Assembly: GCA_015064685.1 (NCBI GenBank)
Contig: SVRT01000011.1
Span: 9,401 to 73,400 of the forward strand
Direction: 5' to 3'
DNA: 64,000 bases
From: Oscillospiraceae bacterium
GTDB lineage: Bacteria; Bacillota; Clostridia; Oscillospirales; CAG-272
The notes beneath the pieces were generated by a model. The model made no database searches. It was not told where the DNA came from and was given only the letters and a program-made list of their open reading frames with translations. The position numbers and the translations under genes were made by a program. Below, one piece after another: positions 19,179 to 29,296 of the stretch. The first letter of the stretch is position 1. Every line of letters starts with the position of its first letter.

Positions 19179-20867
19179 ATGACAGATCATAACAAGGGTG
19201 ACGATTTCTGGGATCTTAGCGCATTCGCCAAGAAAAATGAAAAAACTACACCTGCCACTCCCTCCTATCCAATTCACCGAATCTCGGCGATAGAAATAAA
19301 GGATAATAAAGCCTGTACCGTTGAAAGCGACAAGATTGATACCGCAGAGACGATGATAACAAAGTTTATCCCTCCTCACAGCGATGCAAGCTTTGTCAAG
19401 AAGAACATTATTTTCGAATATGAACCTGAAAACCCATTGATTAAAAAAGTTACGGTATACTCAGACAAAACCGGAGAAGAACTTTTTGTCTCAGATAATC
19501 TCTTCATTCGTGAGCGCCGCGCTCTGCTCGAACGAACAACAACCTTTAAGGAGCCCGTTCCCTTTTATTCCTATGCTCCAAGATATTCGCAGTTGAATAA
19601 AGCTCAGCTGAACTGGTATATCTGGTGGAGACAAAACGCGAGAAACGGACATTTTATTAAGACCGACGAGTCCTATGTTATGCTCTATGCCTACGAGCTT
19701 GCAGCAACGGGTGAGGGCGAGGATAAAGCGGCTGCACTTGAGAGCCTCTGTTCTCTTTTGACGGGATTTAGTGCGACCGATCTCGGCATAGTTTACAAAA
19801 TAATGATCCGCGATATTATATGTGACTTTTGTCTTATCCACAAACTTCCCTCTCCTGTTCATTTGCTCTCGGGTGTTGAGAAACAAGTGTTGTTCGGCTC
19901 TTTTTTACCCGAGTTTTTCGTGGATTTCTCACAGAATAAGCAGCATTGCGCTCCGCTTTTGGCGGCAATGTCGCTTTATGACTATCGCAGAAGCAAGTGT
20001 TACACTGAAGAAAGCGCGGACACCTTCAAAAAAGGTGTTGACGGTGCGATAAACGCAGTAATCAACAATGAGGATGCATTTAATTCAATAACATCCTTTA
20101 CAAGAGGCGTATACGGCGGTGTGACCGAGGACCGTCATCCCTTTACCAGAATGGTGAACATCGTAAATAAAAACATTAAGATCGAGATAGTTTATTACGA
20201 GCTTTCCAATCTTAAATCTGCAATTACCGACGTAGTCCGCTATTCCGAAAACAAGATACGCGAGCATCTTGGAATCAGAAACAAGATTCACGTGCTCACA
20301 GTAAATCCACATGCCAGAGCAGCGATAGATGTCTTCTTCGAGGACAATCTTCCTGCCCGTCAGTTCATAGACAGAAGGCGAAAGGATGCAAAGCTTGCCG
20401 AGAACGAGCCGCACGAATACGACAAACTGTACGACCTTCCCAAAACCGAAATTTCTCCCGAACGAGCGCTTGAGATCGAGCGAGAGTCCTGGGATACTAC
20501 AAAAAAGCTTACGGAAGCTTTTGAAGACACCGAGAACATTAACAAAACGGTCGTAGATCCTATAACTGAGCCTCTAAAGCCAATCAATGAAACTCCCGAG
20601 CTTCTCCCCCCCGAGCCCATCTCGGACATGAACGATCTCTATTCACAGCTTATCTCAAAGCTTGGAGATATAGCTAGATTTATTAATCTCTGTAAAGGCT
20701 CCGGCATTGTGGAGCAAAGAAAATTCGCCTCGTCTCACAACAGTACAGTCGACGAGATAGCCGACAGAATAAACGAAGCGGCAGCAGAGCTTTTCGGGGA
20801 CATTATTCTTGATAATGAGGGCAAAGCGTATACCATTATAGAAGATTACCTTTTCTTATTTAATTGA
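19179..20867 (+). CDS. TerB_N/TerB_C domain protein (Shango SngA-like)
   Basis: Start moved to ATG 19179 because AAGGAGGG lies at 19165-19172. The TerB_N-like signature is YAPRYSQLNKAQLNWYIWWRQNARNGHFIKTDESYVMLYAYELA. The TerB_C-like tail is TVDEIADRINEAAAELFGDIILD. No TM segments. Confidence 0.75.
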   Translation: MTDHNKGDDFWDLSAFAKKNEKTTPATPSYPIHRISAIEIKDNKACTVESDKIDTAETMITKFIPPHSDASFVKKNIIFEYEPENPLIKKVTVYSDKTGEELFVSDNLFIRERRALLERTTTFKEPVPFYSYAPRYSQLNKAQLNWYIWWRQNARNGHFIKTDESYVMLYAYELAATGEGEDKAAALESLCSLLTGFSATDLGIVYKIMIRDIICDFCLIHKLPSPVHLLSGVEKQVLFGSFLPEFFVDFSQNKQHCAPLLAAMSLYDYRRSKCYTEESADTFKKGVDGAINAVINNEDAFNSITSFTRGVYGGVTEDRHPFTRMVNIVNKNIKIEIVYYELSNLKSAITDVVRYSENKIREHLGIRNKIHVLTVNPHARAAIDVFFEDNLPARQFIDRRRKDAKLAENEPHEYDKLYDLPKTEISPERALEIERESWDTTKKLTEAFEDTENINKTVVDPITEPLKPINETPELLPPEPISDMNDLYSQLISKLGDIARFINLCKGSGIVEQRKFASSHNSTVDEIADRINEAAAELFGDIILDNEGKAYTIIEDYLFLFN

Positions 20868-20890
20868 ACCTAAAAAGGACGGATCAATAC

Positions 20891-22276
20891 ATGGAACAAA
20901 TAAATAACACAACACCTCAGGTGCCTCGCAGAATACTCTCTTCTCTTCTGTCAAGCGTATCTGCGGGTGTAGTACCTCGTGCAGGCGCACCTTATATCGC
21001 AATAGGCAGAAAAGATGAGATCTCAGCATTTCTGTCTGACCTAGAGGAGATAAACGATGGTGGAGGCGCAATGCGCTTCCTTATCGGACGTTACGGAAGC
21101 GGAAAGAGCTTCCTTATTCAGCTCATACGCGGCTACGCGCTTGAGCGCGATTTCCTGACCGCAGACTGTGATCTCTCTCCCGAGCGACGCCTTTGCGGAA
21201 GCGGACACGGAGGTATTTCGACCTACCGTGAGCTGATGAAAAACCTCGCGTCCAAATCCTCACCCGACGGCAATGCGCTCTCAAAGATAATTCTCCGCTG
21301 GACGGGAAAGCTTCGTTCCGAGCTTGTTGACAGCGGCATATCACCCGACAGCGAAAAGCTATACAGAGAGCTGAGCCGTAAGGTACACTCGGAGCTTGAT
21401 GATCTTGAATTCATGGTCGGAGGCTTTGATTTTGCGCGCGTAATATATGAGTACTACGTAGCAAGCGTTTCAGATTCCGACGAGGCAAATGCAAAAATGA
21501 GCGCGTGTCTGCGCTGGCTCAGAGGTGAGTTTTCCACCAAAACAGAAGCGAAAAACGCACTTGGATTCCCCGTTTCAATCATCATCGACGATGATAACTG
21601 GTACGACTTTATCAAGCTCTGGGCAACTCTTTCCAGGAAGATCGGCTACAGAGGTCTCGTAGTTTTCATCGACGAGTGTGTAAACCTTTATAAGATACCC
21701 AATCGAATAAGCCGTGAGAATAACTACGAAAAGATACTTTCAATGTTCAATGATACTCTTCAAGGACGCGCCCCGGGTCTTGATATCATCTTCGGAGGGA
21801 CACCGCAGTTTCTTGAGGATACCCGCAGGGGACTTTTCAGTTACGAAGCTCTGCGCTCGCGCCTTTGCGACAGTAGATTTGCGCTTGACGGTTTCAAGAA
21901 TCTCATAGGACCCGTAATACGTTTACGCAGACTTAGCGATGATGAGCTTTTTGCACTTATTCAGCGAATAACGGTCCTCTATTCTCAATATTATAATTGG
22001 GAATGTACCGTATCCAATGAAGACAGGTTGAAATTTTTAAATATATGTCTTTCAAAAGCAGGTGCGGACAGCATGATCACTCCTCGAGAGATGCTTCGCG
22101 ACTATATGACGGTTCTCAATATTTTAATGCAAAATCCCGACGCGAGCTTTGATGACGTGGTAGGCAAACACGTAACGCTGAAAACAGAGCAGCAAGAGGA
22201 AGAAGAAATAGAAATCGTGTCGACAGATACGCCAACAGACAGAAAGAGATTTACCGCTAACGACATCGAATTCTGA
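20891..22276 (+). CDS. P-loop ATPase, DUF2791/BrxD-like (Shango SngB-like)
   Basis: Walker A GRYGSGKS, Walker B LVVFIDECVN. An alternative TTG start at 20864 would overlap the upstream stop. Confidence 0.75.
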   Translation: MEQINNTTPQVPRRILSSLLSSVSAGVVPRAGAPYIAIGRKDEISAFLSDLEEINDGGGAMRFLIGRYGSGKSFLIQLIRGYALERDFLTADCDLSPERRLCGSGHGGISTYRELMKNLASKSSPDGNALSKIILRWTGKLRSELVDSGISPDSEKLYRELSRKVHSELDDLEFMVGGFDFARVIYEYYVASVSDSDEANAKMSACLRWLRGEFSTKTEAKNALGFPVSIIIDDDNWYDFIKLWATLSRKIGYRGLVVFIDECVNLYKIPNRISRENNYEKILSMFNDTLQGRAPGLDIIFGGTPQFLEDTRRGLFSYEALRSRLCDSRFALDGFKNLIGPVIRLRRLSDDELFALIQRITVLYSQYYNWECTVSNEDRLKFLNICLSKAGADSMITPREMLRDYMTVLNILMQNPDASFDDVVGKHVTLKTEQQEEEEIEIVSTDTPTDRKRFTANDIEF

Positions 22277-22297
22277 TATATTAACAAGGAGAAAAAA

Positions 22298-24565
22298 ATG
22301 ACAGAGGCTGACAGAATATTTGAGCGCTTTCCCGATTTTATCAGAGAATACATCTACTCACACTCCTGGGAGTCTCTGCGCGAGGTGCAAATTGCGGCGG
22401 CAAAGTCTATCTTTGAGACAGAAAACAATCTCCTTCTCACCTCGTCTACCGCAAGCGGAAAAACCGAGGCGGCATTTTTCCCCATCCTTTCGCTTCTTCA
22501 CGAGGATCCGTCTGCCAGCGTTGGTGTGCTGTATATCGCCCCACTCAAAAGCCTTATAAACGATCAGTTTGAACGTCTTGAGGAGCTTCTCGATATGACC
22601 GGTGTCAAGGTCACTCATTGGCACGGAGACGTTGCCATGTCGCACAAAAAAAGATTGCTCGAAAAGCCCTCGGGAATACTGCAGATAACTCCCGAATCGC
22701 TTGAAGCAATGCTGATAAACAGATCGAACGACATACCGCGTTTATTTGGGGATCTGCGCTTCATCGTGATCGACGAGATACACACTCTCACAGGAACAGA
22801 CAGAGGCAATCAGATAATCTGCCAGCTCTCGCGCATTGCTCACCTTATTGGCTATCACCCGAGACGTATCGGACTTTCCGCGACGATCGGTGACCCGTCG
22901 CTCGCAGCGGAATGGCTTTGCGCAGACTCGGGACGAGGAATCGATACTCCTTCTCTTCCTCAGGAAAAGATCCGTTGGAGACTTGGACTTGAGCATTTCT
23001 ATATACAGAATCCCGAAATAGAGACCCCTGCCGAAAAGAAAGAAAAAGAGTCTGCAACTGCTGCTGACTCATACGATAACGTAAAGCAAAAAAAGCCTTA
23101 TACTGTAGATCCCGGATACGAGTATATATACGACTGTGTCAAGGACAAAAAATCCCTTGTTTTCTCAAATTCCAGAGAGGAAACCGAATATATCTGCGCA
23201 ACTCTCAGACAAATTGCTTCATTACGTCAGGATGACGACAGACATATCCTTATCCATCACGGCAATCTCTCTGCATCCCTGCGCGAGGAGGCAGAGATGA
23301 AAATGAGAAACGACGAGGACCATGCTATTACCTGCGCCACAGTAACAATGGAGCTCGGCATTGACATCGGTCGACTTGAAAGAGTTGTTCAGATAGAAGC
23401 TCCTAATACCGTTTCAAGCTTTCTTCAAAGGCTTGGACGTTCGGGGCGCAGAGGAGATCCGCCCGAAATGATGATGGTTTTCAGGGAGGAAGACCCTCTC
23501 CCGAATACTCCCCTCCCTCAGCTCATTCCCTGGGAGCTTCTCAGAGGCATTGCAATAATACAGTTATATATAGAGGAAAGGTTTATCGAGCCTCCTCAAA
23601 GAAAGCAACTGCCGTTCAGTCTGCTTTTCCACCAGACTCTGTCCGTTCTTGCGTCGTCGGGAGAGCTTACTGCGAAAAGACTTGCACATCGAGTTTTGTC
23701 CCTCCCACCATTCAAAGCAGTAAGTGATGAGGATTATAAAACCCTGCTGGTATCAATGCTCAACAACGACTTTATTGAAATGACCGAGGAAAAGGGGCTT
23801 ATAGTCGGTCTTTCGGGCGAAAGGCTCCTCAAAAGCTTCAAGTTCTACGCGGTATTTAAGGACAGCGAGGACTTCACAGTTCGCTGCGGCTCGGATGAGA
23901 TAGGCACTATAACCACTCCCCCTCCCGTTGGGGACAGATTCGCTCTTGCGGGACGTGTTTGGGAGGTAGAAGAGCTTGACATTCAGCACAAGCTCGTTTA
24001 CGTCAAAAAAGTTGACGGAAAGATGGAGATCTCCTGGCCGGGAGACTTCGGTGAGATCCATACGAAAATTCTTAAGCGTATGAAGCAGATACTCGCGGAG
24101 GATACTATCTATCCTTATCTCAAGGAAAACGCGGTAAAACGCCTTATTCAGGCAAGAAAAACCGCAAGAAACACGGGTATGCTCGAGCATTCGCTCGTCC
24201 ATCTCGGAGGATATTCGTGGTGCCTTTTCCCCTGGCTTGGCACACGCTCCTTCAGAACGCTGCGCAAATTTATTCAAAGAAATTCAAAAGATAATAACAT
24301 AAGCGGAATCGAGTTTGAGGGCTGCTACTACATTACGTTTAAAATGGAAAAGGTCACCGATCTCAATTTTATTACGCATCTTCTCAACCGTGTGGAACGA
24401 GACGGAATTGACCGATATGCACTCGTCGAAAACGGAGAGATTCCCGTTTTTGAAAAGTACGACAACTACGTTCCCTACGATCTGCTTCGCAAGGCGTACG
24501 CCGCTGACAAGCTTCGCAGTGACGAGGCTGAGGAGCAGGTACGAAAGATCTTTGAGGAATATTGA
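22298..24565 (+). CDS. Lhr-like DEAD/DEAH-box SF2 helicase (Shango SngC-like)
   Basis: Motif I SSTASGKTEAAF, motif II VIDEIHTL, motif VI QRLGRSGRRG, plus a long C-terminal extension. RBS AAGGAG is 6 nt upstream. Confidence 0.85.
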   Translation: MTEADRIFERFPDFIREYIYSHSWESLREVQIAAAKSIFETENNLLLTSSTASGKTEAAFFPILSLLHEDPSASVGVLYIAPLKSLINDQFERLEELLDMTGVKVTHWHGDVAMSHKKRLLEKPSGILQITPESLEAMLINRSNDIPRLFGDLRFIVIDEIHTLTGTDRGNQIICQLSRIAHLIGYHPRRIGLSATIGDPSLAAEWLCADSGRGIDTPSLPQEKIRWRLGLEHFYIQNPEIETPAEKKEKESATAADSYDNVKQKKPYTVDPGYEYIYDCVKDKKSLVFSNSREETEYICATLRQIASLRQDDDRHILIHHGNLSASLREEAEMKMRNDEDHAITCATVTMELGIDIGRLERVVQIEAPNTVSSFLQRLGRSGRRGDPPEMMMVFREEDPLPNTPLPQLIPWELLRGIAIIQLYIEERFIEPPQRKQLPFSLLFHQTLSVLASSGELTAKRLAHRVLSLPPFKAVSDEDYKTLLVSMLNNDFIEMTEEKGLIVGLSGERLLKSFKFYAVFKDSEDFTVRCGSDEIGTITTPPPVGDRFALAGRVWEVEELDIQHKLVYVKKVDGKMEISWPGDFGEIHTKILKRMKQILAEDTIYPYLKENAVKRLIQARKTARNTGMLEHSLVHLGGYSWCLFPWLGTRSFRTLRKFIQRNSKDNNISGIEFEGCYYITFKMEKVTDLNFITHLLNRVERDGIDRYALVENGEIPVFEKYDNYVPYDLLRKAYAADKLRSDEAEEQVRKIFEEY

Positions 24566-24566
24566 G

Positions 24567-24603
24567 AAAACCCGCAACGGCAAAGCCGTTGCGGGTTTTT
24601 ATC
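24567..24603 (+). terminator. Strong intrinsic terminator closing the cassette
   Basis: Perfect 15-bp stem aaaacccgcaacggc / gccgttgcgggtttt followed by a T-run, starting 2 nt after the stop codon. Confidence 0.9.
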
Positions 24604-24723
24604 AAATATATTATATTCGGCTTTTCGCCGTGCTTATACTCTTCTGTGTTCTATGTTAAATATATATTAAATCCTTAACTGTAACTAAGGAACAAAGATT
24701 ACAGAGATTTCTGCATATTTGAA

Positions 24724-26268
24724 TTACTTCGCGTAGTCTACTGCGCGGCTCTCGCGAATAAGGTTGATCTTGATCTGTCCGGGATACTTGACCTCTGCCT
24801 GGATCTTCGCAGCCATTTCGCGTGCGATGACCTTCATACCGGCATCGTTTACTTCCTCGGGCTTGACCATAACTCTTATCTCACGTCCTGCCTGGATCGC
24901 AAATGCCTTATCTATTCCGCTAAAGCCCTTTGCTATTTCCTCAAGCTTTTCAAGACGCTTGATGTAGTTCTCCATATCCTCGCGTCTCGCGCCGGGTCTA
25001 GCTGCGCTTATTGCGTCCGCTGCCTGAACGAGTACTGCGATAATTGTCTTAGGCTCTACGTCGTTGTGGTGTGCCTCGATAGCGTGTACTACCTCACGGC
25101 TCTCCTTATACTTCTTAGCGGCGTTGACACCTATTTCTACGTGCGATCCCTCAACGTCGTGCGGGAATGCCTTACCGATATCGTGGAGAAGTCCTGCTCT
25201 CTTTGCGAGATTTGCATCTACGCCAAGCTCATCTGCCATAATACCGGCAATGAACGCAACCTCAATCGAATGCTTGAGAACGTTCTGTCCGTAACTTGTT
25301 CTGTACTTAAGCCTACCGAGCAATCTGACAAGCTCGGGATTGATGCCATGGATTCCAACCTCAAAGGTCGCTCTCTCACCTGCCTGCTTGACAGATGCTT
25401 CAACTTCCTTCTGAGCTTTCTCCACCATTTCCTCAATTCTTGCAGGATGTATACGTCCGTCAGAAATGAGTCTTTCAAGTGCTATTCTTGCTACCTCACG
25501 TCTTACAGGGTCGAAGCCTGAAAGAGTGATCGTTTCGGGGGTATCATCAATAATAAGCTCAACACCCGTAAGTGTTTCGATCTTCTGGATGTTTCGTCCT
25601 TCTCGACCGATGATTCTTCCCTTCATTTCTTCACTGGGAAGCGCTACGCTCGATACGGTAGACTCGGATACGTGATCCGATGCGTATCTCTGGATCGCCA
25701 GCGAGATGATGTTCTTTGACTTCTCATCCGCTTCCTCCTTGAACTGAGCCTCAAGCTCGTCAAGTCTCTGAGCCAGCTCGTGCTTCGTCTCGGACTCTAC
25801 ACGCTCAAAGAGCTCTTCCTTTGCTTTTTCCACAGTGATTCCCGAGATCTCCTCGAGTCTCTTAAGCTGTAATCTAAGTACTTCGTTGTGCTGCTCACGG
25901 ATCTCTTCGTTTTCCTTGATCTTCTTATCAAGAATCTCGTTTTTACGCTCGAGTGCCTCCGTCTTTTTATCAATAGTTTCCTCTTTCTGAGCAACTCTGT
26001 TTTCAAGACGTGACATTTCCTTGCGTCTTTCCTTGATCTCGCGTTCAAGCTCGTTTCGCTGAGCCATTATGGTCTCTTTTGCTTCGATCAACGCCTCTTT
26101 CTTTGACGATTCAGCGTTTTTCTTAGCTTCCTCAACGATCTTCTTCGCCTCGGCTTCGGCAGAACCTATCTTCGCCTCACCGATTTTTTTTCTGATAAGA
26201 AAGCCTACGAAAAATCCAAGGGCAACACCAACAACCACACCGATCACGGCATACAGGATTGGTGGCAT
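24724..26268 (-). CDS. rny: Ribonuclease Y
   Basis: N-terminal TM anchor, a coiled-coil region, KH and HD domains (LLHDIGK). Start moved to MPPILY at 26268 because AGGAGG lies about 8 nt upstream. Confidence 0.95.
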   Translation of the reverse strand: MPPILYAVIGVVVGVALGFFVGFLIRKKIGEAKIGSAEAEAKKIVEEAKKNAESSKKEALIEAKETIMAQRNELEREIKERRKEMSRLENRVAQKEETIDKKTEALERKNEILDKKIKENEEIREQHNEVLRLQLKRLEEISGITVEKAKEELFERVESETKHELAQRLDELEAQFKEEADEKSKNIISLAIQRYASDHVSESTVSSVALPSEEMKGRIIGREGRNIQKIETLTGVELIIDDTPETITLSGFDPVRREVARIALERLISDGRIHPARIEEMVEKAQKEVEASVKQAGERATFEVGIHGINPELVRLLGRLKYRTSYGQNVLKHSIEVAFIAGIMADELGVDANLAKRAGLLHDIGKAFPHDVEGSHVEIGVNAAKKYKESREVVHAIEAHHNDVEPKTIIAVLVQAADAISAARPGARREDMENYIKRLEKLEEIAKGFSGIDKAFAIQAGREIRVMVKPEEVNDAGMKVIAREMAAKIQAEVKYPGQIKINLIRESRAVDYAK

Positions 26269-26456
26269 TTTTTTATTCCTCCTTGGTTTTTTTGGGAGCA
26301 TAACTAAGGCACATAGCGGGACAATTGCTCCGATTTGTCCATGTAAATTATTGAATACGGTGTCGGATCGTATCTTTCATGGTCAATACCATTATGTGCT
26401 ATGATCCGCCTTTATAAATAAACCGAATTTAATCAATTTATAATATACCTTCCTAT

Positions 26457-26485
26457 ATTATACATAAAAAAAGGCGTTTTGTCAA
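26457..26485 (-). promoter_or_regulatory. Perfect consensus sigma-A promoter for rny, nested in the upstream terminator
   Basis: Reverse strand reads TTGACA, 17 nt, TGtTATAAT. The -35 hexamer lies inside the 3' arm of the pmbA terminator stem. Confidence 0.55.
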
Positions 26486-26516
26486 TAGCTTTTTGATTAC
26501 ACTTTGACAAAACGCC
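26465..26516 (-). terminator. Intrinsic terminator of the tldD-pmbA operon
   Basis: 13-bp arms ggcgttttgtcaa / ttgacaaaacgcc with a loop of about 18 nt, followed by TTTTTTT on the reverse strand. Confidence 0.65.
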
Positions 26517-26554
26517 GCTTTATTCATAAAATATTTACGTTTTAGGATGAAATA

Positions 26555-27883
26555 TTATTTTCCGGCAACACTCATATCCTTAACAAGCACGTCGGGAGCG
26601 CCGAATACCGTAAATCCACCCGGAATTCCCCACTTGACCTCATTGGAGAGCGAATCAATGCTCTTGAGCAAAGCAAAGAAGTTACCTGCAACGGTAAATG
26701 ACTTGATAGGTCCTGCCTTCTTACCGTCTTTGATAAGGAATCCTTCGCTTTCGACCGAGAAATCACCCGTGATCGCGTTTGCGCCTGCATGAAGTCCCTT
26801 AACACCGGTTACATATATACCGTCCCCTGCCTTTGCAAAAAGTCCCTCAAGCGTGTCCTCTCCCGCATTGATAGCAAAGTTATACGGAGCGATATTACCA
26901 CCGCGTCGACCGTTGGCGGTCGTCTGCTTCCCGGTCTTGATCGCTGTGGTCAAATCGTAAAGAAGAGTCTTAAGAACACCGTTTTCGACAACGCTCTTCT
27001 TGTAGGTTGCTACACCCTCTTCGTCGAATGGGGTCTGGACGGGACATCCCTCTCTCATCGCGTCGTCTGTTATATTTACGATATCGGAAGCGATCTTCTC
27101 GCCCTCCTTACCTGCAAGCAAGGACATACCGAGAATTGCATTCTTTGCCGAGAAAGAAGGAGAAAACGCAGACAGGATCGATCTCATCTGGCTTCCGTCG
27201 ATAACGACGTTATATTTGCCCGTAGGGATCTCGGTAGCGCCGATCTTCTCAAGCGCACCGTTTACTGCCTTTGCTGGAAGCTCATCAAACTTTTCTCCGT
27301 GTATAGACTCAGCAAACTCGAAGTTGTTACGCGACTCGCCATCCTTATTAACGACTGCTTCGACGTAACATCCTGTCATTCCGACCTTGTTGGAAAGCTC
27401 GAGGCCGTGGGAGTTATACATATAGATCTCGTCTCTGAACGAAATAGCGATCGACTGAGTTCCGTCAACGACCGAGCTATCTGCAGCGTAAGTCTTTTTT
27501 TGAAGCTCGAGCGCCTTATTTTTAAGCTCAGCCGCGTCAATAGCCTCAGGAGCCGGCGCGGTAGGTGTGCCGTATGATTCTGAACCCTTGAAAATAACGA
27601 CGACGTCGTCATTCTCTATTGCTCTTGCGTTATCCGATGCTCTGATAACAAGGTCCTCGATCTCGTCAGCATCGAAGTAGCTTGTCGAAGCATATCCCAT
27701 ATGTCCGTTTACGATGCAACGGAAAGAAACGCTTGCACTCTCACCCGAGCTGAATGCGCTGATCTCGTCCTTGAGTGTCTCTGCGCTGATATTCTCGCCT
27801 ACAGAATAGGTTACCTCATATTCCTCAACGCCGTACTTTGTGCAAGCGGCAGAGATAATTTCTTTTATCTGCTTAAAATCCAT
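26555..27883 (-). CDS. pmbA: TldD/PmbA family metalloprotease subunit (PmbA-like)
   Basis: 442-aa paralogue of the adjacent TldD, lacking the HExxxH motif. Typical C-terminal region GDFSVESEGFLIKDGK. Confidence 0.8.
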   Translation of the reverse strand: MDFKQIKEIISAACTKYGVEEYEVTYSVGENISAETLKDEISAFSSGESASVSFRCIVNGHMGYASTSYFDADEIEDLVIRASDNARAIENDDVVVIFKGSESYGTPTAPAPEAIDAAELKNKALELQKKTYAADSSVVDGTQSIAISFRDEIYMYNSHGLELSNKVGMTGCYVEAVVNKDGESRNNFEFAESIHGEKFDELPAKAVNGALEKIGATEIPTGKYNVVIDGSQMRSILSAFSPSFSAKNAILGMSLLAGKEGEKIASDIVNITDDAMREGCPVQTPFDEEGVATYKKSVVENGVLKTLLYDLTTAIKTGKQTTANGRRGGNIAPYNFAINAGEDTLEGLFAKAGDGIYVTGVKGLHAGANAITGDFSVESEGFLIKDGKKAGPIKSFTVAGNFFALLKSIDSLSNEVKWGIPGGFTVFGAPDVLVKDMSVAGK

Positions 27884-27884
27884 A

Positions 27885-29267
27885 TCAGCGACCTCCTACT
27901 GTGATCTTGGATACGCGGATGAGGGGCTGTCCAACGTCCGTGGGCACACTTCCGCTTGACGATCCACACATTCCCTGTGCAGTCTCAAGGTTCTGTCCTA
28001 CCATATCAATATCCATAAGTATCTGCGATCCCGTTCCGACGAGTGATGCTCCGCGTACAGGTTCACAGATCACACCGTTTCTGATTATATATCCCTCGCT
28101 TACACCGAAGTTAAATTCACCCGTGAGGGGATTTACTGATCCGCCGCCCATGCTCTTTGCATAGAGGCCGTACTCAATAGAGGAAATAATGTCCTCGTTC
28201 TTATCGGGACCGTTTGCAATAAATGTATTTGTCATTCTTGACGTAGGCTCGTACATAAAGCTCTCGCGTCTGCCGTTACCTGTCATTTCCATACCCATTC
28301 TACGAGAGCCAAGACGGTCGATCATATAGCTCTTGAGTACACCGTTCTCAATAAGGACGTTTCTCTGTGTTACGTGTCCCTCGTCATCGATATTCACGGA
28401 GCCCCAAGCACCGGGAATAGTTCCATCGTCAATGGCGGTTACCTTTTCGTTTGCGATCTTCTGACCGAGCTTTCCACACATCTGAGAGGTACCCGTACCA
28501 ACGCTTGTAGCCTCAAGCGAGTGTCCGCAAGCCTCATGGAATATAACTCCGCCAAAGCCGTTTTCGATAGCAACTGTCATCTGTCCTGCGGGACAGTAAT
28601 CAGCGCGGAGATTGACAAGCGCCTGATCAGCAGCCTTGATTCCTACGGACTTAGGATCGATAAAATCAAACATCTCGAGTCCTGTTCCGCGTCCGGGTGA
28701 CGCGCTTCCCGACTGGTTCTCATGTCCGTCGGATGCGACTGCCTGAACTGCAATTCTTGTTCTTACGTGTCTGTCAGAGGTATAGAGACCTTCGCTGTTT
28801 GCGATGAGGATCGTGTGGTCGACAGAAGCAAGGCTTCCCATTACCTGTTTGATCTTCTCGTCGCGCTCGGATGCCGCAAAGCATGCAGACTTGAGAATAT
28901 CGGTTCTAGTCTGCATAGGCGTGCTTCCGGGAAGAATTTTTACGGGATGAATATTCGGGAAAATGCGCTCGGTCAAGTGGATCTGAACCTGCGCATTGCT
29001 CTCTCCGAGTGCATCTGCTACCGCTCTTGCGCAACGGATAAGTCCCGAGCGAGTAATGTCTGTAGTAGTAGCGTATACGGTTCTTGTTCCGATGAACGCA
29101 CGGATTCCGACTCCGGAGGTCACTCCGTCATTGGCTGTATCGATCTTACCGTTAAGGAATCGAATACCGTTATTTCTCGTTCTCTCGGCATATACCTCTG
29201 CGAAGTCCGCGCCGGTAGACATAGCTACTGCAAGCACGTCCTCAAGTATAAGTCTTGAAATAATCAT
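27885..29267 (-). CDS. tldD: TldD metalloprotease subunit
   Basis: HEACGH zinc motif (GGVIFHEACGHSLEAT). A 1-nt gap separates it from pmbA. Confidence 0.9.
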   Translation of the reverse strand: MIISRLILEDVLAVAMSTGADFAEVYAERTRNNGIRFLNGKIDTANDGVTSGVGIRAFIGTRTVYATTTDITRSGLIRCARAVADALGESNAQVQIHLTERIFPNIHPVKILPGSTPMQTRTDILKSACFAASERDEKIKQVMGSLASVDHTILIANSEGLYTSDRHVRTRIAVQAVASDGHENQSGSASPGRGTGLEMFDFIDPKSVGIKAADQALVNLRADYCPAGQMTVAIENGFGGVIFHEACGHSLEATSVGTGTSQMCGKLGQKIANEKVTAIDDGTIPGAWGSVNIDDEGHVTQRNVLIENGVLKSYMIDRLGSRRMGMEMTGNGRRESFMYEPTSRMTNTFIANGPDKNEDIISSIEYGLYAKSMGGGSVNPLTGEFNFGVSEGYIIRNGVICEPVRGASLVGTGSQILMDIDMVGQNLETAQGMCGSSSGSVPTDVGQPLIRVSKITVGGR

Positions 29268-29296
29268 TTTCTAAGTCTCCTTGATTTTCTGCAATA

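Noticed and set aside
19834-19842. Perfect DnaA box TTATCCACA
   Set aside because: It is a single occurrence inside a coding region with no cluster and no adjacent AT-rich unwinding element, so it is most likely chance.
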